Origin: Cladosporium halotolerans
Lineage: Eukaryota
DNA length: 64,000 nucleotides
Direction of reading: 5' to 3'
Assembly (NCBI RefSeq): GCF_011745625.1
Contig: NW_027191457.1
Coordinates: 372,001-436,000 of the forward strand
Below the pieces are notes generated by a model. It was given only the letters and a program-made list of their open reading frames with translations, was not told the origin of the DNA and made no database searches. A program made the translations under genes and the position numbers. Below, piece by piece: positions 1-12,786 of this stretch (position 1 is its first letter; the number at the start of each line of letters is the position of its first letter).

Positions 1-415
1 TGCTTGGCTTCATCGAGTCTCGGCGAGTATAAGACGCGCCCAGCATTGGCGCTTCGCTGCCCAGGCGCGACTCGCCCTGCCCTGCGCGCCGACACGACAC
101 ACCACGCGAGCGTCACCCGGCCGCAGCCCGCCCAACGATGCTTCGATGCTTCACACTGGCTGCTGATGCGCGCAACACCACCGCGCGTGGAGATGGACCT
201 GCCCGCCGGCGACCGCGCCTGGAGCCAAGCTGCCTTGGCGGACAATCGATGGGCTGCTTTTTCGCCCGGGCCTCAGCGCCCGCCGCCGCGCACGCTCGCG
301 ATATAAGTATTTCGGGCGCCGGGAGGCTGTTCGTCGCTGCGAACGCTACGTCCTCGTCACACCAGCCCGACCGTCCATTCCTTGCAGTGTCTCGCGCACT
401 GCCCTACCGATCGAC

Positions 416-2205
416 ATGGCCACCGTCCCGCCGGCGACCGCGCCCTACGACTGGATCCTCGCGATCACGACCATTGCCTTCGTCTTTGCGTCCGCTTCCA
501 ACGGCGCCAACGATGTCGCCAACTCCTACGCGACCTCCGTCGCCGCCAGGACCTTGACCCTCTGGCAGGCCGGTATCCTCGCCGCCATCACCGAATTCAT
601 CGGCGCCGTCGCTCTCGGAGCCCGTGTCACGGACACCATCAAGAATGGAATCATCACCATCGATCGTTTCGAGGGTCGCCCGGCCGTCCTCATGCTGGCT
701 ATGGGTTGCGCCGAAGTCGGTAACGCGACCTGGCTCACCGTCGCGACCTGCCTCGGCATGCCCGTTTCCACCACCCAGACCATTGTCGGCTCCTTGATTG
801 GTGTCGGCTTTGCCTCCCAGTCCGCCATCACCTGGGGCTGGGAGAAGGGCAGTGTCTCTCAGGTCGCCGCCTCTTGGGGTATTGCTCCGCTGATCGCGGC
901 TGGCTTCTCCGCCATCATCTTCGGCATCGTCAAGTACAGCGTGCTGGAGCGCAAGAACAGCTTCGAGTGGGCCATGCGCCTCATCCCCATCTACATGGCC
1001 TCCACCGGCGCCATCCTCGTCACCTTCTTGGGTACTGAGGTCCCCGACAGCCTCATCGCTGAAGGCTGGCCTCTCGGCGTGACCGTCGTCGCCACCTTCT
1101 TCTTCGTCCTCTTCGTCGCCTACGTCTTCTTCGTCCCCTTCTTCAACCGCAAGCTCGTCAAGGAGGACCCGAGGGTTCGCATCTGGCACGTCCCCATGGG
1201 TCCTCTCCTCTACAGGGAGAACGTCAACCTCTACTGGCCCGGCAAGACTGACGAGCTCGTCACCAACTACTACGAGGATGCTTACGATGCCGAGACCGCC
1301 AGCCACCAGTCTCACTCCGACGAGGAGAAGGCCAACATCAAGACCGGCCCGAAGGGCACCAGCACTGTCGACCCGTCTCTCGCGGACGGCTCCAGCTCTG
1401 GCGTTGACGCCCCGGCCAACGCCACCCGCCGCGTCGTCCCGCACCACAAGAAGCACCCTGAGCCCAAGGAGCGCTGGCTGGACCCCGTCAAGGAGCTGCC
1501 CTTCTTCCACCCCAAGAAGATCTGGAACTGGACCAAGTTCCTCCTCCTGCAGGGTGTCGCCCGCGACGCCGTCACTCACAACTCTGACGCCCTCCGCGCC
1601 ATCCACGCCCGTGCCCGCAAGTACGACGTCCGCGTCGAGCACCTGTTCACCTACTGCCAAGTTGTCTCCGCCATGATGATGTCCATCGCTCACGGAAGTA
1701 ACGATGTTGCCAACGCTGTGTAAGTTCTCACGTCCTGCTACGAAGTCAAACAAAAGACCACATCTCTAACAACCGCTCCAGCGGCCCCTGGGCAGCCACC
1801 TACCAAACCTGGCAATCCGGCTTCGTCGACACCGAGTCCAGCACCCCCGTCTGGTTCCTCGTCGTCGCCGGTCTCCTCCTCGGCGTCGGCTTCTGGGTCT
1901 ACGGCTACCACATCATCCGCGCCCTCGGCAACCGCATCACGCAGATGTCGCCCAGCCGCGGCTTCTCCATCGAGCTCGGCGCCGCCATCACCGTCCTGCT
2001 CGCCTCCTCGCTCGCCCTCCCCGTCTCCACCACCCAGTGCCTCGTCGGCGCTTCCATGGGCGTCGCCCTCATGAACTACGACGTCGGCGCCGTCAACTGG
2101 AAGCAGCTGTTCTACATCTTCTGCGGCTGGGTCATGACGCTGCCTTGCGCGGCGCTGATTTCGGGCCTGCTGTGTTTGATGGCGCTGAACGCGCCGCACT
2201 TCTAG
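416..2205 (+). CDS. PHO89: PiT-family (PHO89/PHO-4 type) phosphate transporter; exons 416-1719, 1782-2205
   Basis: Two PiT signatures (GANDVANS and HGSNDVANAVGP, the second joined across a GTAAGT..CTAAC..CAG intron at 1720-1781); PVSTTQ motifs in both halves; multiple TM segments. Confidence 0.93.
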
Positions 2206-3152
2206 ATGGTGAAGAAGAAGCGGGTGAAGGGTTGGAGATTGTAATTAATTCTATATTTTTCTGGTTTCCTCGGATGGAGAGGCAGGCGGGGCGGGAAGCG
2301 TGTAAAAGATGAACGTCTGCTTTTTTTGGTTTTTCCCTGCTGCTTTTGCGAGATACCTTCGTTTTTTTCTGGCTTCAAATGTATCCGACGATTTTCTCTT
2401 CGCATCTTTGGATGGACTCTTTGGCCGCTTCCTGTACACCGCATCTCTCCCACGTTGTGACTTTCAACGGTTCGGAGCTCTTGATGTAACACTCTGATCT
2501 CGCCACCCATCCCACCCACCCCCTGCCAAAATCTTATGCATCTCCCTTGCCGCGACCAAGCTTTTTCGAAATCACCCGACCCGCGATGACATGGTGTGTA
2601 CACCGACCAGGGGCAGAAGGGTCTCCGAGAACAATCGCGATCTAGGGCGGGAGGGTGGAGCTGTATGGTAGGGTTAGGGTTGGGGTTCGGGTACGTAAGC
2701 AACGGGGGCATTGGGACCTGGGATCAGACTCGTCGTGGGATTGGGGGATGGGCTGCGTTCTGGATGGGACGGTGACGGTTTGTTTCGTTTTTCTCTGTAA
2801 CGTGAGCGATGCGGTTTTTTTTGAGGGTGCGGTTGTGTTGTGTTGGTGCTGGTGTTTTGTCGCGCGGTTGCTGCCCAGGGCTTTGCGCGGTGGATGGGTG
2901 ATTGGTTCGTCCCAGTACCTAGGTACGTCGACGACGTTTAGGCGCGACTCGATCTTCCGTCGCTGCTGCCGGCCCGTAATTCTGACCGTGATAGTATTGA
3001 ACGTGGTTCTCATGTCGAGAGTAAACGCGTTCTGGAAATCGACACGACGCGGCGCACAGCGTGGCCTGCCAGCTACGCATTCTCCAGCACTCTCCCTTAG
3101 CGAAGCCAGCAATCCATTATTGCCTTGTGATCAATCCCGCATACACCCACCC

Positions 3153-4699
3153 CTACCCACCCCTCCCCAGCCCATCACCCTCCCCCTCCTCACAAACCCT
3201 CGTCTCAACCGTCTTCCGAATCCCCCTCTCACCCTCCCCCTCCCCCTCCCCTTCCCCCAAAATCCTCTCCTGACTATCATTCTCCCCCCCCAAACTCCTC
3301 AACTGCGCCTCGACCTTCGTGCTCGCCCTGCCCGGCCCCGAAGTCTTCCCCACCGTCGTCGCCGTCGAATACAGCTCCAGCTCCCTCCCGTACGACAGCG
3401 GCTGGTTGGACCGCGACCTGGAGCGCGCGGAGGAGCCGCCGGCGAAAGCGGATTTGAACAGCGGGCGCAGCGACGCGACGGAGGCGCAGACGATGGCGGC
3501 GTTGACTTCGATCTGCGACCAGAGGAGGACCTGTCGCGGAATTCGTTAGGGTTGGGTGGGAGGATGGGGTGAGGGGGAGATGGGGAAGCGGCGGCGTACT
3601 TCGATCGTGTCGTAGGCCGGGTCGCCGGAGGTGAAGTAGACCCAGAGGGCGTAGACGCGGACGCCGGAGGCGACGACGGCGAGGCTGCCGATGAGGAAGA
3701 TGGCGATCACGGCGACTGGGGTTGGAGAGGGGGGTTAGTGGGAGAGGAGGAGGAGGAGGCTTGAAGGTGGGTTTGGGGGGGACTTACTCTTTTTGCGCCG
3801 GTTGACGTTGAGGTCTAGGGCGGGTTTGATGGGGAGGAGGAGGACGGCGAGGTCGGTGAGGATGTTGATTGCTGCCATGGTGTAGTAGGATGTTTGGAGG
3901 TCGTTGCAGGCGGGGTTGGGGAAGGTGGGTTTCCAGGCGTCGGAGGGGTTGGCGCATTCGAATGCCTGATGGGTTGTTTGTTAGCTTTGCTGTAGATAAG
4001 GCATTGGGTGTGGTTTTGGCTTACGTTGACGAACATGATCACGATGGTGTAGACTATGACGAACGCAGCAGTGCCGTAGAGAGCGATTCGGTTGATGCTG
4101 GGTGGCGGGAACACGCGGTCGTACAGGGCGAGGAATGACATCTTGACCAAGGATAGTACCAGAGGATAGATGATCTGGTATGCGTACCTAGAACGATGTG
4201 GGTTAAAGTGTTTTCAATTCCCCTGTTCAACTAACGTACCAATGCTTCAGTGTTGGAATGTACGCCGCTGCTGGATCCGCAAGGTAGTTCTCAGGATGCG
4301 TTCTGAACAACATGGTCAGAAACTGTGTTCACCTAAAGGCGCATTTCCACTCACCCAGCTCCATAGCTGATATGGAAGCCATTCATGATGGCTAATGCGA
4401 CTGCAAAGCATAACGCCAAACCAATAAAGAGATCGTCAAGGCCGAGCTTCTTGACGAAAACTGTTCGACAGTAGAACCTGTGCGTACCGAATCAGTGTGG
4501 TTTCGTTTAATGAAGGATTGAACGTCGTTATCTTACCGTGCGCTTACTACGCATATTGATATAAAAACCAGCACGCCAGTGACAGCGAGAAACAAAGGCT
4601 GTTTGGAGCCATTGCCAGTTCTGCGAATCGTTAACAATCATTACTCGATTCAATTCAGGTCGGCGAGACTACATACTCAATCTTAGGCCACTCGCCCAT
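3153..4699 (-). CDS. Pth11-like (fungal rhodopsin-domain) 7TM integral membrane protein, multi-exon
   Basis: Spliced reading gives MGEWPKIE..RFYCRTVFVKKLGLDDLFIG..VKMSFLALYDRVF..AAINILTDLAVLLLP..QIEVNAAIVCAS, typical of this family. Canonical introns; no CFEM domain seen. Confidence 0.8.
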
Positions 4700-6189
4700 G
4701 GTCACCGACAGAGTGGCACACAAAGCCAGGGCGAGTCGAAACTGACGAAGCTGGGGGGCGGCAGAGGCATTCAACTACCCTGCCTCTGCGTCTCGAATGG
4801 ACCCAGTTCAATCCTGCAGAAACAAGGAGCGTCATTCGCATGGCCCAGGGACTCGGTCAGGAGTCATGTCAACCTGTGGCTTCGATAGCTGCGGTAGCAC
4901 AGTACTAGTGTATTCCTGGCAACCCTTCTTCACGGAGGACTACGAGGAAAGCATATCCTTTGATATGAGGATCTTACGAGATACTCACAAACTTGAACGG
5001 TGATGCCCTTACGAACGTAATCTTCACTGTGTGCTTTGGCGTCGATCGCTTCTCGCTGCACGAGGTTGGATCTTCAGGTCGATGCACCTTTCGCTTGGGT
5101 ATCCCAGCTGACACGCGAGATCCAGCGTTACAGCAGGCCAGAAGGATGGACTAGATTCTGGGCTGACCCACCGTCACATGCTCTCAATGGCCAACGGGTA
5201 ATTTCTGATTTGGTTGCGGATCCGGAGAATCGTCCGGCTTCCCTTAGTGCTAGCAAGGATAAAATGGTGGTGTATTCAATAGCAAGGCTCGGTTGGATGC
5301 AGAGTATCGGACCCTGACGGCTTGATATCTACGAGGGATCGGATACAGTTGCTGTTCAGGCGTAGCGGGCGGGACGCTGTGTCCTGAAGAGCAGCGCTGA
5401 CCATCGACGTTCGGCGCCGTTCTACATGGCGCCGCCGTCGCAATGTTGCAGGTCTTGGCCAGATCCGGCGCGGGTTGAAAGTGGGCAATGCCCCTCCTAA
5501 TCCCTGCGCGCAAAAGATCTGGATCGTGTTTATATCCTTGCCCAGCAATATGGTATATATAGCGTTCCTTTCGGGGTCTCCGCCTGCCGCGGAGACAGCA
5601 ACCGCTCGCACTGCCATCAGCTCATCTGCCGTATTTGAGAGGAGTCCAAGACATTGAGATGCCTACTGCACGGCGTTTATTTTATATGCGGGGGCCGTTT
5701 CCGGCAAAGTGTTTCGCATAGCCAACCTAGTGCCGGTGGCGTTCGGGCAGAGTGAGTGGGTGGGTGGAGAGAGGAGGAAACGGCGAGGCGGCGACAGGCT
5801 TCGCTTCGATGCAGCCCGAGATGGCGGAGACGTCTCGCACAGGGCCTAGCGCAGCTCTCTGCAGGGGCCACAACAGCGATGGTGCATGCTTGAGGATGGA
5901 CTACCTTCAGACTACTCACTACTGCGCATCCTTCGCTTGTATAGAGCTGCCGGCCACCGCCTGTCAGAACAAAGCTGCGCTCGACGTGCAGCAATCGCGG
6001 CCGTTAGCTTCGTCTACTCGCCATGCTCCTCATTAATTCTGACTCGCCGTTCACTCCAATGCTACTGACAATGCAGGGGTGCATGAAGGAGGCTGTCGTC
6101 TTTAAAGGCGCAGCCCATTTCGCTGTTTCACCTTTCTGAGGATCGCCAAACTCTACTCCAACCGACTCTGCCCAGCCGCCCTCTTCGCC

Positions 6190-7504
6190 ATGCGTGTCTC
6201 CTCCTCCATCACGGCCTGTGTCTTGGCCACTGCCTCGTTTGCCGTAGCTGCTCCAGCACCTCACCCATCCAAGGGAAAAGGACCTGTCGGAGCTCCTCTT
6301 CCGCCTCGTGGTCCTCCTTCGCCGCCACATGCCAAGCGATGCAAGAACCCTCTTGTCCGCAAGGAATGGTGAGTGGAAATGACCGTGAATCCACAGCCAA
6401 AGCTTGAGCTGACCCTTGTCTTGCAGGAGAGCGTTGAAGAACGTCGAGAAGAAGGAATACATCGACGCCGTTCTTTGCCTGCAGAAACATGAGGCCATCA
6501 CGAAGGAGCAGTTCGCCGACGACGACAGATACGATCCAATTAATCGCTACGATGACTTCCAGGCGGTGCACAGCAGCCAGGCGGACGCCATCCACTTCGT
6601 CGGCTTCTTCACGCAATGGCACCGCTACATGACGGCTGCGTATGAGCGCACTCTCAGAGATGTCTGTGGCTACAAGGGTGCTCAGCCGTAAGCACTGCCT
6701 AATCCGAGAATTATGACGCTCCTCCGACTAACGTCCCCTTAGTTACTGGAACTGGTCTCTCGACGCCCATCCCGATGATCGTCTCTCAATGGCCGCCTAC
6801 GACACCGAGATCTTCTCTCCCGACACCGGCTTCGGCGGGAACGGCCTCTACATCGAAGTCCCCGACTCGCAAGATCCCTTCGGCTTCAACGCCCAAGGCC
6901 GCTCTGGCGGCGGCTGCGTCCAAGATGGTCCTTTCACCAGGCCCAACTTCGCCGTCAACATCGGCGAGAAGAACGGCTCCGGCCAGTGCCTGAGGCGCGA
7001 TTTCATGCCGGGCATCTTCAACTTCTTCGCCGACCCCAATACCCTCCAGAAGACTATCGACCAGCCCGATTTCGCCAGCTTCGCCAGCGTCCTCGAAGGC
7101 AGACCCGACTTCGGCGTCTCGAACGTCCACGGTAGCGGCCACTTCGGCGTCGGCGGCCTGCTCGGCCAAGCTGGTGACGCCGCCAACAGCCCTGGTGGTG
7201 AGTCCTTGCTCTACATCCTCACATCATTATGTGTTTTGTCCTAACATTACTGTTTCATCCAGACCCCCTCTTCTACCTCCACCACAGCATGGTCGACTAC
7301 ACCTACTGGCAATGGCAGCAGAAAGACCTGAAGACGCGCCTGCACGAGGTCGGCGGCTCGACGACGCCTTCCGACTTCAACTACGAGAGCGGCGTCAACG
7401 TCACGCTGGACTTCGAGGTCAACCTCGGAGCCATCGCGCCGTCCGTCAAGGTCAGCCAGCTACTTGACTCCGAGGGCGAGCTGCTGTGCTACACTTACGA
7501 GTAA
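6190..7504 (+). CDS. Secreted tyrosinase / type-3 dicopper oxidase; exons 6190-6368, 6427-6687, 6743-7197, 7263-7504
   Basis: Signal peptide, VRKEWR motif, CuA site (HSSQADAIHFVGFFTQWHR), PYWNW, CuB site (HGSGH...SPGDPLFYLHH); three canonical introns restore the frame. Confidence 0.92.
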
Positions 7505-8051
7505 ATGTCATGACATGGGAGGGATGCGGGTGGTGAGCGCTGCCTTATGTTCTTTTTAGACATCTTATTCGGGCCTTCGCCGGATACTGGACGCTTTGCG
7601 CAGAGGCATGACCACCGTACATAGAAACGACATCTGGGCTATACTGGCCTTTAATATTCGAAAATATCTACAATCCGACACTATCGCGTCTCACACGAGC
7701 GGCCCTACTACCATTCCCACGATGCAGGGGAAGATGGGAGATAAGGTATGATGACCCGCAAAAAACGATCAAAATGCACGTAACTTCTGAGAAACGTAAT
7801 CGAAAATCTGTAGGCAGTTGGGAGGTACCTTTTCCATGGCACTGAAAGACATACCCGCAGCTACTATCGCTCATTGCAGGAAATGAAGATTGGTGTCAAT
7901 ACCAAATCGTATTCTCCTTGCACTCATCCCTTCGCAGGGCGGCGGATTTATCGCAATCATCTGGTCTCTCCAAAGCATTGCGCCGAACCAAGACATCAAC
8001 GCGCCCACGACCAAAACTCACTCAAGCACTCCTGGCTTAGCCTCCTCTGCT

Positions 8052-9347
8052 CTACAAACACTGGAAGTAGTACCCACTGCCCTGGCAAGTGGATCCAGCC
8101 TACAATCAACGTCAGCCTCTCAATAAGCACACGAACCCCCAGCCTTCCAAGAAAACTTACCGCACAAGTCGTACAGCCCGTCCACGTCTGCCCACCACAC
8201 TGCCCATACTTCGCCACCGTGCACCCACTCCCACCTCCTGCCGTCGTCGTGGTCGCCCTGCTCGAAGTTGTCGTCGTCGTCGATGTCCTCAACGTCGTCG
8301 AGCTCGCGGCCGTCGTCGAAGAAGACCCCCCGCCCACACCAGGCGTGTACAGCGTCCCCTGCGCAGGCTTCTGGTTCCCCGCCGCGCCGACGGACGCCGC
8401 GTAGCCCGTGCACTTTGAATTACCGGGCGTCTTCGCCACGCCGCCTGCGTAGACGGTGGGGCCTGGGTCGATGTAGGTCGTCATGCTGCGGTGGATGTCG
8501 ACTTGGATGCCGGGGTCCTGGCAAGGTTAGCGGGAGAAGAGGGGAGCGAGGGCTGGGAGAGACGATACGGTGTTCTTGTACGCGCCGGGCAGCAGGACGC
8601 CGCTGGGAGAGGCGCTGCCGCCGCCGGATACGGTGATCTGGTAGCAGGAGACGTAGAATTGGGCTTGGTTGAGTCCGGAGGCGGTGTGCAGGGCGATGAC
8701 TTCGGCGCGGAGGAGGTAGTCGCCGGGGGCGATGTCGGACTATTGCGACGTCAGTCGTTGAGTAGGTTCTTTCGAAGGGAGGAGTGCAGTGCTCGAACTC
8801 ACTGGGATCTTCACGTCAACCCTCCCGCAGCAGTTATTCATGTCCTTCACGCCCCACCAGTCGTTGTCGCCCACGCCCTGGTTGGCCGGCGCCCAAGTGT
8901 TGGCGAAGATCTTGAACCAAGGTGTGGAGCCGTCCGCGGTACGAGCGTCAGAGACCTTGCTCAGATACGCGTGAACGGGACCGTAGTGAGCGCCGCCGAT
9001 GGCCTCGGGCGTCAGCGTCGAGAGCGTGCAGGAGCGGTCGCCACCCTGCTGGTGCATTTCGACGGAGACGGTGTCGCCGGCTTTGACGGCGCAGCGGCCG
9101 GCGACCTGGGAGATAGTCAGTATGTCGCGGACTGTGTATGGGATGGGTTGGATCTTACGGCGCCGCGGTTCACGTTGCATCTGATGCTGTTCGCGGAGAC
9201 GTCGGTGAGGGGGCTGTTGCTCTGAGGTAGACGGACACAAGTCTCGCCCTGGTCAACGCCGTTTACCCAGAGATCTTGAAAGGTCGCATGGGCGGCGACC
9301 TGGGTTGCCGACAGGGCTGCTAGCGCAGCGAAGATCGTCGACTTCAT
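8052..9347 (-). CDS. AA9 lytic polysaccharide monooxygenase with Ser/Thr linker and C-terminal CBM1 (5 exons)
   Basis: Signal peptide followed by His1 (HATFQDLWVNG); MHQQ..DRSC..EAIGGAHYGP; GDYLLRAEVIALH; QFYVSC; CBM1 YGQCGGQTWTGCTTCA|GSTCQGSGYYFQCL*. Confidence 0.95.
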
Positions 9348-10058
9348 GGCTGAGGAGACTGAAGGGAACGAGACGGGTGAAGGAGCGATATCAGGAGCGA
9401 CGTGCGCCCGGTTTTATTCTGTCCGTAAGCATCTCATGCTGCTTTTTACCAGGTCAAGCCTGCCGCGTTGCCTCGATTCGTGACCAGAGAGCATCGTACC
9501 GGGTGAATGACAAACGCCACATGTCGGAAGGGCGCTTTTGATAGATTAGAGATAGGGCTTATGACGCTGAGAATCCCGCATCGGTCGAATAGATCTCACG
9601 GGCGTATGTTTCAGGCGCGCAGATTCGATGTGCTTAAGACGGAAGGCGTGTGTAACACTGAGACAGGAGACGGACGACCTGGACCGCTTAGCCCGAAACA
9701 ACCACAGCGCGGGCGAAAGAGATCCGTGGCTGATTCGACACGGCTTTTGCAGTAAGGTGCGGCAGTCGTCAAAGGTACAAAATATCGTTTGGAAAGACGA
9801 GATGCTGTTCTTAGGGGATGAAACCGAGTGCGATGCACTCCAAGACAATCTTGCTACGTATGGAGTTGTCTTTGTGGCTTGTCTTTTCGAAAGGATTGAT
9901 CGAAGCCAACCCGTCGGGAAGTCGGGATTCTGCGACACAGCAATTCACAATCAGCGAAACATTTCTCTAGAATCGATTTCTTTTCGGGTATCAAAACTCA
10001 TGAATCATCTCACGACCAACCCCAAACCCCAGGCATCAACTTCGCCTTCGAAGCCACT

Positions 10059-11702
10059 CTAAGGCACGTCCTCAAACGCCCACTCCCTCCCTCCCTCCTC
10101 CGGCCCCTCATCGATATACAACAAACTCCTCAACCCACAGAATCCCCCCGCCGTCGCTGTCCTCACCACCTGCGCCCATGTCCCATTAAGCCCGCTCCTA
10201 TCCAGCCTCCGCCCACCCTGCGCCAAAACCCGCCTGCTCGCCTCATCCCACACCCACACCTTGTCGACAACGCGCTCGCCCGGCCGCTGCAGCCGGCGCG
10301 GGTTGAAGCGCGGCAGGCCCGCGAGGCGGCTGACGGCGTGCTGGACCCAGGGGTAGAGGCGCTCGAAGCGGCGCGTGAAGGGCAGCCAGCGGAGCGTCAG
10401 GGGGGAGTAGGCGACGCGGACGTAGGGGTTCATGTAGATGCCTGGCTTTGGCTGGCCGGTGAGCTCGGCGAGGTCGGCGTGGATCAGGCAGCACTCCGAG
10501 GAGTCCCAGTAGGTGTCTGGCTCGGCGCGGAAGCGCAGTGCAGAGGTGTTGGCGGCGGGCTTTGCGGGCAGACTTGCTTCGGCGATCTGCATGTGCGGCT
10601 GGAACCATCTTGCCTCGAAGGCCACAATGCCGCCCCAGCAGCTTTTGACGCGCACGGCGTCGCGCTGCGCGAGGGTGTCGTGGCGGCTGGTGGCGTTGCC
10701 GGCTGCGGCGAACCAGGGGAAGAAAGGCACGCCCATCTGGTAGCCTTCGGTGTCGCGCGTGGCGAAGGTGTCGTAGAATTTGAAGGGGTTGATGAAGTCG
10801 ACGGCGCATGCTGCGCGGTAGTTCGTTCTGCCTGATCGCTCGTCGAGGTTTGTTGAGAAGAGTAAGTTGGCGGCGTCGGCTGGCTCGAAGAAGACGTCGT
10901 TGAGGTAGAGGACTTTGTCGAAGTGGATTCTGGAAGCTGGCGATTGAGGGTCTGTGAGAGGGTGGAGCGCTCGATTGCGCACTTCGGCGAGGAAGGCGAT
11001 GCGTTTCAGCCGCGAGGTACCGCTGGGCGTAGTGACATGAGGCAAGGGAGCGAGGTCTAGTTTCTCGTGAACGATAGACTTCTCGCATGACACTTTGTGG
11101 GCATAGGTGTCCATAGCAAGCCGTGCACCTTCGTCCACATCGTTTTGGTAGATGCTGAGAAAGACGTTCTCAGGACCGACAATCTCTATCAATTGAAGCA
11201 GTCGTTCACCCCACTCACCACCCAGGAGGTGTCCGTGGTTGTCGTAGATGCTCGCCGCGATGAAGACCTTCTCATTGTGGATGTTGCCTCTTCCAGCCGG
11301 CCCGAGAGCTTGTATCCTTTGCGAGAGATGGACGTAGTGTGGTGGCGGATGTGAATATGAAGGGAAGAGAACCCCACACAGGGTCACAAGTGTAAAGACG
11401 AAGTAGAAAAAGAGCGTGATCAACTGAGCAACGCAGAGCGGAGAAGATCGTCTTCGCCTTGTCGCTAGTAAAGAGAAAGACGCCAACGACAATCTGGACC
11501 CGCCAGAGCGCCGCCGTGTTCGCATATTCCATCGTGGTGTCCATGAGGGCAGTCGTGCAAGTCGTAGATACGGCGAAGCTTTCGGATTTTCCACACCTCC
11601 CAGCTCATACTCCGAGCCTTCATCATCAGCATATTGGGTGTCATCTTCGAACGAAGCGCGGTAGAGCGACTCCCGCTCCAGGTGATCTCGGCTTTGAGCC
11701 AT
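10059..11702 (-). CDS. CAP59-family (GT69) alpha-1,3-mannosyltransferase-like type II membrane protein
   Basis: Single N-terminal TM segment; RIAFLAEVRNRAL, VLYLNDVFF, FYDTFATRD, VKSCWGG and SECCLIHAD motifs. Start taken at MAQSRD. Confidence 0.88.
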   Translation of the reverse strand: MAQSRDHLERESLYRASFEDDTQYADDEGSEYELGGVENPKASPYLRLARLPSWTPRWNMRTRRRSGGSRLSLASFSLLATRRRRSSPLCVAQLITLFFYFVFTLVTLCGVLFPSYSHPPPHYVHLSQRIQALGPAGRGNIHNEKVFIAASIYDNHGHLLGGEWGERLLQLIEIVGPENVFLSIYQNDVDEGARLAMDTYAHKVSCEKSIVHEKLDLAPLPHVTTPSGTSRLKRIAFLAEVRNRALHPLTDPQSPASRIHFDKVLYLNDVFFEPADAANLLFSTNLDERSGRTNYRAACAVDFINPFKFYDTFATRDTEGYQMGVPFFPWFAAAGNATSRHDTLAQRDAVRVKSCWGGIVAFEARWFQPHMQIAEASLPAKPAANTSALRFRAEPDTYWDSSECCLIHADLAELTGQPKPGIYMNPYVRVAYSPLTLRWLPFTRRFERLYPWVQHAVSRLAGLPRFNPRRLQRPGERVVDKVWVWDEASRRVLAQGGRRLDRSGLNGTWAQVVRTATAGGFCGLRSLLYIDEGPEEGGREWAFEDVP

Positions 11703-12786
11703 GGCATGCCATGAATGTGAGTGAGGCTGAGTGCTTGCGAGCAAGGGTGTGTCAGGGCATCACGAAGACGAGCTGCGAGGGAGGCGAGCAAACGAAGCAG
11801 AGCACGCGAGCACCACGGCGGGTACTTTGAAGAGTGCGCGAGGCGGAGGCATTAGTGAACGGGAGCAAAGAAGAGCGTCCGCAGCCCTGAGCAAAATAGA
11901 AAAAGCACCGACTACTCGCGTACGCAGCGGCGCAGCGCATCGCGTGAGGTGCGCATGAGGCATGTCGCACAAGCAGCGCCAGGCCGCTGGGAATTGTCGC
12001 GCGCGCGGTTGGCTGCGCAGCGCAGCGCAGCGACGTGTGATGAAGTCGCGCACGCAAAAGCGGCGATCGAATGCGTAAGGGGGTCAAGCATTTTAGCGCC
12101 ACGCTTAATCCGCATCTCCACGGTCCCTGGGTTTGGCGAAGCACGTGCTGAAGGGACCAGACGGCCATTGGCATCGCATACGAGCGTATAAAAGCCACCC
12201 GCCAGCTGGGCCAGTTGGGCGCCCAGGGCCCGCAGGTACGAAGGCCGAGGCCCGTGGAGATGTGGGCGCGAGATGCCACGAGCACGGCCGAAACCCTGTG
12301 CGCATGCTTGTTTGACGGATCGAGAAGTCTAAAACGTGAGCGGAAATCATAAGGCAAATAAGGCGGGCGCTTTGTCAGTATGGCGCGAAGCATCTTCTGG
12401 ACGAAGCATGGAGGGGAGGTCCTGCGTACAGGCGTGCTGCTCAGCCACGACGCCAGAGCGGAGCGATCCAGCCAATAGCAACGACAACTTTCGTACCGAA
12501 TCGAATTCAGATTGTACAACGAGGGGATCGAGTGGCCGCGTCATCATGGCTTGCTCGGCAAACTCCATCGTATACCGATAGTGAGAAATTATATATCCTG
12601 ACTGACAACGTTAGAAGATGCGATGCCGCAAGGCTGGTCGACTGCGATGACGCGGTCAACGAAGACAGTTCAGTAGACCAACATTTGGAATGAAGCTTGC
12701 AGCCACACGGCAAAACGGCACATTTGTTGCAAACAGCATTAGCAGAAAATATTGGGTATCATACCAGCCCCTACGTCAATAGTCAT

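Noticed and set aside
404..1753. Long antisense ORFs opposite real genes (also 49360-49965, 62439-63221, 10338-10835)
   Set aside because: Shadow ORFs caused by high GC3 codon bias; no recognisable motifs.
2668..2691. Degenerate telomere-like (T)TAGGG repeats
   Set aside because: Only about four imperfect units within a G-rich tract; not a convincing interstitial telomere.
5000..6100. Short ORFs and intron-like signals upstream of the tyrosinase
   Set aside because: No coherent spliced protein or recognisable family could be built.
3153..9347. Tyrosinase plus membrane protein as a possible RiPP or secondary-metabolite cluster
   Set aside because: No Kex2-repeat precursor, DUF3328 protein, PKS or NRPS nearby.
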